Positions 53,070-64,000 of a stretch of DNA of 64,000 nt are shown piece after piece. Under the pieces are notes generated by a model. It saw only the letters and a program-made list of their open reading frames with translations, was not told the origin of the DNA and did not search any database. The number at the start of each line of letters is the position of its first letter. The first letter of the stretch is position 1. The DNA comes from Mobula hypostoma. Taxonomy: Eukaryota. The stretch covers positions 116,314,001-116,378,000 of the forward strand of contig NC_086108.1 of the NCBI RefSeq assembly GCF_963921235.1, in the 5' to 3' direction. The position numbers were made by a program, and so were the translations under genes.

Positions 53070-55230
53070 GTGATGGGTTTCGGTGTCACACAGGGATGTG
53101 TCATGATGGTGGGTTTCAGAGTCACTCACGGATGTGGGGTGATGGATTTCAGAGACACACAGGTATGTGAGGTGATGGGTTTCATAGACACACAGGGATG
53201 TGGGGTGATGGTGTTTTTCCGAGACACACAGGGATGCGGGGTTATCGAGATTTTCAGAGACACACAGGGACGTGGGATGATTGTGTGTTTCAGAGGCACC
53301 CAGGGATGTGGGGTGATGGGTTTCAGAGAAACACAGGGATGTGGGCTGATGGTGGGTTTCAGAGACACACAGGGATGTGGGATGATGGGTTTCAGAGACA
53401 CACAGCGATGTGGGATGATGGTCGGTTTCAGAGACACCCAGGGATGTGGGGTTATGGTGGGGTTATGGTGGGTTTCAGAGAGACACAGGGATGTCGGGTG
53501 ATGAGTTTCAGAGGCTCACTGGGGTGTGGGCTGATGGTGTGTTTCAGAGACACACAGGGATGTGGGGTGATGGTGGGTTTCAGAGTCACACAGGGATGTG
53601 GGGTGATGGCGTTCAGAGACACACAGGGATGTGGGGTGATGGTGGGTTTCAGAGACACACAGGGATGTGGGGTGATGGGTTTCAGAGACACACAGGGATG
53701 TGGTGTGATGGAGAGTTTCAGAGACACACAGGGATGTGGGATGATGGGTTTCAGAGACACCCAGGGATGTGGGGTGATGGGTTTCAGAGACACACAGGGT
53801 TGTGGGGTGATGGAGAGGTTCAGAGACATACAGGGATGTGGGGTGATGGGTTTCAGAGACACACAGGGATGTGGTGTGATGGATTTGAGACATACATGGA
53901 TGTGGGGTGATGGGTTTCGGAGACACACAGAGATGTGGGGTTATGCTGGGTTTCGGAGACACACAGGGATATGGGGTGATGGGTTTCAGAGACACACAGG
54001 GATATGGGGTGATGGGTTTGAGACATACAGGGATGTGGGGTGATGGGTTTCAGAGACACACAGGGATATGGGGTTCTGGGTTTCAGAGACACACAGGGAT
54101 GTGAGGTGATGGTGGGTTTCAGAGAAACACAGGGATGTGAGGTGATGGGTTTCATAGACACACAGGGATGTGGGGTGATGGTGTTTTTCCTAAACACACA
54201 GGGATGCGGGGTGATGGGTTTCGGTGTCACAAAGGGATGTGTCATGATGGTGGGTTTCAGAGTCACTCACGGATGTGGGGTGATGGATTTCAGAGACACA
54301 CAGGTATGTGAGGTGATGGGTTTCATAGACACACAGGGATGTGGGGTGATGGTGTTTTTCCGAGACACACAGGGATGCGGGGTTATCGAGATTTTCAGAG
54401 ACACACAGGGACGTGGGATGATTGTGTGTTTCAGAGGCACCCAGGGATGTGGGGTGATGGGTTTCAGAGAAACACAGGGATGTGGGGTGATGGTGGGTTT
54501 CAGAGACACACAGGGATGTGGGGTGATGGGTTTCAGAGACGCACAGCGATGTGGGATGATGCTCGGTTTCAGAGACACCCAGGGCTGTGGGGTTATGGTG
54601 GGGTTATGGTGGGTTTCAGAGAGACACAGGGATGTCGGGTGATGAGTTTCAGAGGCTCACTGGGGTGTGGGCTGATGGTGTGTTTCAGAGACACACAGGG
54701 ATGTGGGGTGATGGTGGGTTTCAGAGTCACACAGGGATGTGGGGTGATGGCGTTCAGAGACACACAGGGATGTGGGGTGATGGTGGGTTTCAGAGACACA
54801 CAGGGATGTGGGGTGATGGGTTTCAGAGACACACAGGGATGTGGTGTGATGGAGAGTTTCAGAGACACACAGGGATGTGGGATGATGGGTTTCAGAGACA
54901 CCCAGGGATGTGGGGTGATGGCTTTCAGAGACACACAGGGTTGTGGGGTGATGGAGAGGTTCAGAGACATACAGGGATGTGGGGTGATGGGTTTCAGAGA
55001 CACACAGGGATGTGGGGTGATGGATTTGAGACATACATGGATGTGGTGTGATGGGTTTCGGAGACACACAGAGATGTGGGGTTATGCTGGGTTTCGGAGA
55101 CACACAGGGATATGGGGTTCAGGGTTTCAGAGACACACAGGGATGTGGGGTGATGGGTTTGAGACATACAGGGATGTGGGGTGATGGGTTTCAGAGACAC
55201 ACAGGGATATGGGGTTCTGGGTTTCAGAGA
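53070..55230 (+). repeat. 1141-bp tandem duplication
   Basis: Offsets 53126/54267, 53198/54339 and 53446/54587. Confidence 0.82.
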
Positions 55231-55839
55231 CACCCAGGGATGTGGGGTGATGGTCGCTTTCAGAGACACAGAGGGATGTGGGGTTATGGTGCGTTTCAGA
55301 GAGACACAGGGATGTGGGGTGATGAGTTTCAGAGACTCACTGGGGTGTGGGCTGATGGTGTGTTTCAGAGACACTCAGGGATGTGGGGTGATGGCGTTCA
55401 GAGACATACAGGGATGTGGGTTGGTGGTGGGTTTCAGAGACACACAGGGATGTGGGGTGATGGTGAGTTTCAGAGACACTCAGGGATGTGGGGTGATGGA
55501 CAATTTCCGCGACACACACTTATGTGGTGTGATCGTGGGTTTCAGAGACACACAGGGATGTGGGGTGATGGGTTTGAGACATACAGGGATGTGGGGTGAT
55601 GGGTTTCACAGGCATACAGAGATGTGGGGTGATGGAGGGTTTCAGAGACACACTGGGATTGTGAGGTGATGGTGGGTTTCAGAGACACACAGGGATGTGG
55701 GCAGATGGAGGGTTTCAGAGACACACAGGGATGTGAGGTGATCGTGGGTTTCAGAGAAACACAGGGATGTGGGGTGATGGTGGGTTTCAGAGACACACAG
55801 GGATGTGGGGTCATGGAGATTTTCAGAGACACACAGGGA

Positions 55840-57770
55840 TGTGGGGTGATGGTGTGTTTCAGAGACACACAGGGATGTGGGGTGATGGAGAGTTTCAGAG
55901 ACACACAGGGATGTGGGGTGATGGGTTTCAGTGACACACAGGGATGTGGGCATATGGAGGGTCTCAGAGACACACAGGGATGTGAGGTGATGGTGGGTTT
56001 CAGAGAAACACAGGGATGTGGGGTGATGGGTTTCAGAGACACACAGGGATGTGAGGTGATGGGTTTCATAGACACACAGGGATGTGGGGTGATGGTGTTT
56101 TTCCTAAACACACAGGGATGCGGGGTGATCAAGATTTTCAGAGACACACAGGGACGTGGGGTGATTGTGTGTTTCAGAGGCACCCAGGGATGTGGGGTGA
56201 TGGGTTTCAGAGAAACACAGGGATGTGGGGTGATGGTGGGTTTCAGAGACACACAGGGATGTGGGGTGATGGGTTTCAGAGACACACAGTGATGTGGGAT
56301 GATGGTCGGTTTCAGAAACACCCAGGGCTGTGGGGTTATGGTGGTGTTATGGTGGGTTTCAGAGAGACACAGGGATGTCGGGTGATGAGTTTCAGAGGCT
56401 CACTGGGGTGTGGGCTGATGGTGTGTTTCAGAGACACACAGGGATGTGGGGTGATGGTGGGTTTCAGAGTCACACAGGGATGTGGGGTGATGGCGTTCAG
56501 AGACACACAGGGATGTGGGGTGATGGTGGGTTTCAGAGACACACAGGGATGTGGGATGATTGTGTGTTTCAGAGGCACCCAGGGATGTGGGGTGATGGGT
56601 TTCAGAGAAACACAGTGATGTGGGGTGATGGTGGGTTTCAGAGACACACAGGGATGTGGGGTGATGGGTTTCAGAGACACACAGCGATGTGGGATGATGG
56701 TCGGTTTCAGAGACACCCAGGGATGTGGGGTTATGGTGGGGTTATGGTGGGTTTCAGAGAGACACAGGGATGTCGGGTGATGAGTTTCAGAGGCTCACTG
56801 GGGTGTGGGCTGATGGTGTGTTTCAGAGACACACAGGGATGTGGGGTGATGGTGGGTTTCAGAGTCACACAGGGATGTGGGGTGATGGCGTTCAGAGACA
56901 CACAGGGATGTGGGGTGATGGTGGGTTTCAGAGACACACAGGGATGTGGGGTGATGGGTTTCAGAGACACACAGGGATGTGGTGTGATGGAGAGTTTCAG
57001 AGACACACAGGGATGTGGGATGATGGGTTTCAGAGACACCCAGGGATGTGGGGTGATGGGTTTCAGAGACACACAGGGTTGTGGGGTGATGGAGAGGTTC
57101 AGAGACATACAAATATGTGGGGTGATGGGTTTCAGAGACACACAGGGATGTGGGGTGATGGATTTGAGACATACAGGGATGTGGGGTGATGGTGTGTTTC
57201 AGAGACACACAGGGATGTGGGGTGATGGAGAGTTTCAGAGACACACAGGGATGTGGGGTGATGGGTTTCAGTGACACACAGGGATGTGGGCATATGGAGG
57301 GTCTCAGAGACACACAGGGATGTGAGGTGATGGTGGGTTTCAGAGAAACACAGGGATGTGGGGTGATGGGTTTCAGAGACACACAGGGATGTGAGGTGAT
57401 GGGTTTCATAGACACACAGGGATGTGGGGTGATGGTGTTTTTCCTAAACACACAGGGATGCGGGGTGATCAAGATTTTCAGAGACACACAGGGACGTGGG
57501 GTGATTGTGTGTTTCAGAGGCACCCAGGGATGTGGGGTGATGGGTTTCAGAGAAACACAGGGATGTGGGGTGATGGTGGGTTTCAGAGACACACAGGGAT
57601 GTGGGGTGATGGGTTTCAGAGACACACAGTGATGTGGGATGATGGTCGGTTTCAGAAACACCCAGGGCTGTGGGGTTATGGTGGGGTTATGGTGGGTTTC
57701 AGAGAGACACAGGGATGTCGGGTGATGAGTTTCAGAGGCTCACTGGGGTGTGGGCTGATGGTGTGTTTCA
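55840..57770 (+). repeat. About 0.6-kb block repeated at offset 1340
   Basis: ORFs 56082/57422 share their N-terminal translation. GTGGGGTGATGGTGTGTTTC starts the block at 55841 and 57181. Confidence 0.75.
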
Positions 57771-60700
57771 TAGACACACAGGGATGTGGGGTGATGGTGT
57801 TTTTCCGAGACACACAGGGATGCGGGGTTATCGAGATTTTCAGAGACACACAGGGACGTGGGATGATTGTGTGTTTCAGAGGCACCCAGGGATGTGGGGT
57901 GATGGGTTTCAGAGAAACACAGGGATGTGGGGTGATGGTGGGTTTCAGAGACACACAGGGATGTGGGGTGATGGGTTTCAGAGACACACAGCGATGTGGG
58001 ATGATGGTCGGTTTCAGAGACACCCAGGGATGTTGGGTTATGGTGGGGTTATGGTGGGTTTCAGAGAGACACAGGGATGTCGGGTGATGAGTTTCAGAGG
58101 CTCACTGGGGTGTGGGCTGATGGTGGGTTTCAGAGACACACAGGGATGTGGGGTGATGGTGGGTTTCAGAGTCACACAGGGATGTGGGGTGATGGCGTTC
58201 AGAGACTCACAGGGATGTGGGGTGATGGTGGGTTTCAGAGACACACAGGGATGTGGGGTGATGGGTTTGAGACATACAGGGATGTGGGGTGATGGGTTTC
58301 AGAGACACACAGGGATATGGGGTTCTGGGTTTCAGAGACACACAGGGATGTGGGGTGATGGAGAGTTTCAGAGACACACAGGGATGTGGGGTGATGGGTT
58401 TCAGAGACACACAGGGATGCGGTGTGATGGAGAGTTTCAGAGACACACAGGGATGTGGGATGATGGGTTTCAGAGACACCCAGCGATGTGGGTTGATGGG
58501 TTTCAGAGACACACAGGGTTGTGGGGTGATGGAGAGGTTCAGAGACACACAGGGATATGGGGTTCTGGGTTTCAGAGACACACAGGGATGTGGGGTGATG
58601 GGTTTGAGACATACAGGGATGTGGGGTGATGGGTTTCAGAGACACACAGGGATATGGGGTTCTGGGTTTCAGAGACACACAGGGATGTGGAGTGATGGTC
58701 GCTTTCAGAGACACACAGGGATGTGGGGTTATGGTGGGTTTCAGAGAGACACAGTGATGTGGGGTGATGAGTTTCAGAGACTCACTGGGGTGTGGGCTGA
58801 TGGTGTGTTTCAGAGACACACAGGGATGTGGGGTGATGGTGGGTTTCAGAGTCACACAGGGATTTGGGGTGATGGGTTTCATAGACACACAGGGATGTGG
58901 GGTTGTTGGTTTCAGAGACACACAGGGATGTGGGGTGATGGTGGGTTTCAGAGACACACAGGGATGTCGGGTGATGGGTTTCAGAGACACACAGCGATGT
59001 GGGATGATGGTCGGTTTCAGAGACACCCAGGGATGTGGGGTGATGGTCGCTTTCAGAGACACAGAGGGATGTGGGGTTATGTTGCGTTTCAGAGAGACAC
59101 AGGGATGTGGGGTGATGAGTTTCAGAGACTCACTGGGGTGTGGGCTGATGGTGTGTTTCAGAGACACACAGGGATGTGGGGTGATGGCGTTCAGAGACAT
59201 ACAGGGATGTGGGGTTATGGTGGGTTTCAGAGACACACAGGGATATGGGGTTCTGGGTTTCAGAGACACACAGGGATGTGGGGTGATGGAGAGTTTCAGA
59301 GACACTCAGGGATGTGGGGTGATGGGTTTCCGAGAAATACAGGGATGTGGGTTGGTGGTGGGTTTCAGAGACACTCAGGGATGTGGGGTGATGGACAATT
59401 TCCGCGACACACAGTTATGTGGTGTGATCGTGGGTTTCAGAGACACACAGGGATGTGGGGTGATGGGTTTTAGACATACAGGGATGTGGGGTGATGGGTT
59501 TCACAGGCATACAGAGATGTGGGGTGATGGAGGGTTTCAGAGACACACAGGGATGTGGGCAGATGGAGGGTTTCAGAGACACACTGGGATTGTGAGGTGA
59601 TGGTGGGTTTCAGAGACACACAGGGATGTGGGCAGATGGAGGGTTTCAGAGACACACAGGGACGTGAGGTGATCGTGGGTTTCAGAGAAACACAGGGATG
59701 TGGGGTGATGGTGGGTTTCAGAGACACACAGGGATGTGGGGTCATGGAGATTTTCAGAGACACACAGGGATGTGGGGTGATGGTGTGTTTCAGAGACACA
59801 CAGGGATGTGGGCTTATGGAGGGTCTCAGAGACACACAGGGATGTGAGGTGATGGTGGGTTTCAGAGAAACACAGGGATGTGGTGTGATTGGTTTCAGAG
59901 ACACACAGGGATGTGAGGTGATGGGTTTCATAGACACACAGGGATGTGGGGTGATGGTGTTTTTCCTAAACACACAGGGAGGCGGGGTGATCAAGATTTT
60001 CAGAGACACACAGGGACGTGGGGTGATTGTGTGTTTCAGAGGCACCCAGGGATGTGGGGTGATGGGTTTCAGAGAAACACAGGGATGTGGGGTGATGGTG
60101 GGTTTCAGAGACACACAGGGATGTGGGGTGATGGGTTTCAGAGACACACAGTGATGTGGGGTGATGGGTTTCAGAGAAACACAGGGATGTGGGGTGATGG
60201 TGGGTTTCAGAGACACACAGGGATGTGGGGTGATGGGTTTCAGAGACACACAGTGATGTGGGATGATGGTCGGTTTCAGAGACACCCAGGGATGTGGGGT
60301 TATGGTGGGTTTCAGAGAAACACAGGGATGTGGGGTGATGGGTTTCGGTGTCACACAGGGATGTGTCATGATGGTGGGTTTCAGAGTCACTCACGGATGT
60401 GGGGTGATGGATTTCAGAGACACACAGGTATGTGAGGTGATGGGTTTCATAGACACACAGGGATGTGGGGTGATGGTGTTTTTCCGAGACACACAGGGAT
60501 GCGGGGTTATCGAGATTTTCAGAGACACACAGGGACGTGGGATGATTGTGTGTTTCAGAGGCACCCAGGGATGTGGGGTGATGGGTTTCAGAGAAACACA
60601 GGGATGTGGGGTGATGGTGGGTTTCAGAGACACACAGGGATGTGGGGTGATGGGTTTCAGAGACACACAGTGATGTGGGATGATGGTCGGTTTCAGAGAC

Positions 60701-63700
60701 ACCCAGGGATGTGGGGTTATGGTGGGTTTCAGAGAGACACAGGGATGTCGGGTGATGAGTTTCAGAGACTCACTGGGGTGTGGGCTGATGGTGTGTTTCA
60801 GAGACACACAGGAATGTGGGGTGATGGTGGGTTTCAGAGTCACACAGGGATGTGGGGTGATGGCGTTCAGTGACACACAGGGATGTGGGGTGATGGTGGG
60901 TTTCTGAGACACACAGGGATGTGGGGTGATCGGTTTCAGAGACACACAGGGATGTGGTGTGATGGAGAGTTTCAGAGACACACAGGGATGTGGGATGATG
61001 GGTTTCAGAGACACCCAGGGATGTGGGGTGATGGGTTTCAGAGACACACAGGGTTGTGGGGTGATGGAGAGGTTGAGAGACACACAGGGATGTGGGGTGA
61101 TGGCTTTCAGAGACACACAGGGATGTGGGCAGATGGAGGGATTCAGAGACACACAGGGATGTGGGGTGTTGGTGGGTTTCAGAGACACACAGGGATGTGG
61201 GGTGTTGGTGGGTTTCAGAGACACACAGGGATGTGGGGTGATGGTGGGTTTCAGAGACACACAGGGATGTGGGGGTGATGGGTTTCAGAGAAACACAGGT
61301 ATGTAGGGTGATGGAGGGTTTCAGAGACAACACAGTGATGTAGTGTGATGGGTTTCAGACACATACAGGGATGTGGTGTGATGGGTTTCAGAGACACACA
61401 GGGATGTGGGGTGATGGTGGGTTTCAGAGACACACAGGGATGTGGGGTGATGGGTTTCAGAGACACACAGGGATGTGGGCATATGGAGGGTTTCAGAGAC
61501 ACACAGGGATGTGAGGTGATGGTGGGTTTCAGAGAAACACAGGGATGTGGGGTGATGGGTTTCGGTGTCACACAGGGATGTGTCATGATGGTGGGTTTCA
61601 GAGTCACTCACGGATGTGGGGTGATGGATTTCAGAGACACACAGGTATGTGAGGTGATGGGTTTCATAGACACACAGGGATGTGGGGTGATGGTGTTTTT
61701 CCGAGACACACAGGGATGCGGGGTTATCGAGATTTTCAGAGACACACAGGGACGTGGGATGATTGTGTGTTTCAGAGGCACCCAGGGATGTGGGGTGATG
61801 GGTTTCAGAGAAACACAGGGATGTGGGGTGATGGTGGGTTTCAGAGACACACAGGGATGTGGGGTGATGGGTTTCAGAGACACACAGCGATGTGGGATAA
61901 TGGTCGGTTTCAGAGACACCCAGGGATGTGGGGTTATGGTGTGGTTATGGTGGGTTTCAGAGAGACACAGGGATGTTGGGTGATGAGTTTCAGAGGCTCA
62001 CTGGGGTGTGGGCTGATGGTGTGTTTCAGAGACACACAGCGATGTGGGGTGATGGTGGGTTTCAGAGTCACACAGGGATGTGGGGTGATGGCGTTCAGAG
62101 ACACACAGGGATGTGGGGTGATGGTGGGTTTCAGAGACACACAGGGATGTGGGGTGATGGGTTTGAGACATACAGGGATGTGGGGTGATGGGTTTCAGAG
62201 ACACACAGGGATGTGGGGTGATGGGTTTCAGAGACACACAGGGATGTGGGGTGATGGAGAGTTTCAGAGACACACAGGGATGTGGGGTGATGGGTTTCAG
62301 AGACACACAGGGATGTGGTGTGATGGAGAGTTTCAGAGACACACAGGGATGTGGGATGATGGGTTTCAGAGACACCCAGTGATGTGGGGTGATGGGTTTC
62401 AGAGACACACAGGGTTGTGGGGTGATGGAGAGGTTCAGAGACATACAGGGATGTGGGGTGATGGGTTTCAGAGACACACAGGGATATGGGGTGATGGATT
62501 TGAGACATACATGGATGTGGGGTTATGCTGGGTTTCGGAGACACACAGGGATATGGGGTTCTGGGTTTCAGAGACACACAGGGATGTGGGGTGATGGGTT
62601 TGAGACATACAGGGATGTGGGGTGATGGGTTTCAGAGACACACAGGGATATGGGGTTCTGGGTTTCAGAGACACACAGGGATGTGGAGTGATGGTCGCTT
62701 TCAGAGACACACAGGGATGTGGGGTTATGGTGGGTTTCAGAGAGACACAGCGATGTGGGGTGATGAGTTTCAGAGACTCACTGGGTTGTGGGCTGATGGT
62801 GTGTTTCAGAGACATACAGGGATGTGGGGTGATGGTGGGTTTCAGAGTCACACAGGGATTTGGGGTGATGGGTTTCCTAGACACACAGGGATGTGGGGTT
62901 GTTGGTTTCAGAGACACACAGGGATGTGGGGTGATGGTGGGTTTCAGAGACACACAGGGATGTCGGGTGATGGGTTTCAGAGACACACAGCGATGTGGGA
63001 TGATGGTCGGTTTCAGAGACACCCAGGGATGTGGGGTGATGGTCGCTTTCAGAGACACAGAGGGATGTGGGGTTATGGTGCGTTTCAGAGAGACACAGGG
63101 ATGTGGGGTGATGAGTTTCAGAGACTCACTGGGGTGTGGGCTGATGGTGTGTTTCAGAGACACTCAGGGATGTGGGGTGATGGCGTTCAGAGACATACAG
63201 GGATGTGGGTTGGTGGTGGGTTTCAGAGACACACAGGGATGTGGGGTGATGGTGAGTTTCAGAGACACTCAGGGATGTGGGGTGATGGACAATTTCCGCG
63301 ACACACAGTTATGTGGTGTGATCGTGGGTTTCAGAGACACACAGGGATGTGGGGTGATGGGTTTGAGACATACAGGGATGTGGGGTGATGGGTTTCACAG
63401 GCATACAGAGATGTGGGGTGATGGAGGGTTTCAGAGACACACTGGGATTGTGAGGTGATGGTGGGTTTCAGAGACACACAGGGTTGTGGGCAGATGGAGG
63501 GTTTCAGAGACACACAGGGATGTGAGGTGATCGTGGGTTTCAGAGAAACACAGGGATGTGGGGTGATGGTGGGTTTCAGAGACACACAGGGATGTGGGGT
63601 CATGGAGATTTTCAGAGACACACAGGGATGTGGGGTGATGGAGAGTTTCAGAGACACACAGGGATGTGGGGTGATGGGTTTCAGTGACACACAGGGATGT

Positions 63701-64000
63701 GGGCATATGGAGGGTCTCAGAGACACACAGGGATGTGAGGTGATGGTGGGTTTCAGAGAAACACAGGGATGTGGGGTGATGTGTTTCAGAGACACACAGG
63801 GATGTGAGGTGATGGGTTTCATAGACACACAGGGATGTGGGGTGGTGGTGTTTTTCCTAAACACACAGGGATGCGGGGTGATCAAGATTTTCAGAGACAC
63901 ACAGGGACGTGGGGTGATTGTGTGTTTCAGAGGCACCCAGGGATGTGGGGTGATGGGTTTCAGAGAAACACAGGGATGTGGGGTGATGGTGGGTTTCAGA

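Larger units (their letters stand above)
15897..64000 (+). repeat. GT-rich 33/36-bp tandem repeat array, right segment; runs off the window end
   Basis: Same monomer family and orientation as the left segment. Resumes at GATGTGGAGTGATGGTCGC (15897). I found no further non-repeat interruption up to 64000. Confidence 0.98.

Noticed and set aside
1..64000. Hundreds of repeat-derived ORFs as protein-coding genes
   Set aside because: They overlap in several frames on both strands, switch frame at length-variant monomers, and have no unique domain or visible exon structure.
15897..64000. Immunoglobulin switch region (G-rich strand, TGGGG)
   Set aside because: The consensus lacks AGCT/WGCW hotspots, and no Ig exons are in the window.
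1..64000. Telomeric repeat
   Set aside because: No (TTAGGG)n tract is seen; a subtelomeric location can be neither shown nor excluded.

Overview
About 95% of this window is one head-to-tail GT-rich tandem repeat array, all in one orientation. The monomer is 33 bp (GGGTTTCAGAGACACACAGGGATGTGGGGTGAT), often 36 bp through a 3-nt insert, with rarer 31-47 bp variants. Monomer variants are organised into nested higher-order duplications with periods of about 470, 627, 1002, 1141, 1340, 1479, 2342, 2724, 2958, 3300-3400 and 3900-3980 bp. The only non-array sequence is a 3.1-kb minus-strand CR1-clade LINE at about 12785-15896. It is 5'-truncated, has an APE endonuclease plus reverse transcriptase ORF2 broken by a single in-frame TAA, and keeps its 3' UTR hairpins and (GTTTCTAT)n tail. 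The 3' end resembles shark/ray HER1-type CR1 elements, so the source is probably a cartilaginous fish (inference). The hundreds of repetitive ORFs in the track are best explained as artefacts of monomer lengths divisible by 3. I see no host gene, RNA gene or CRISPR array and no convincing novel system. The most interesting points are the LINE junction architecture and the readable amplification history of the array.
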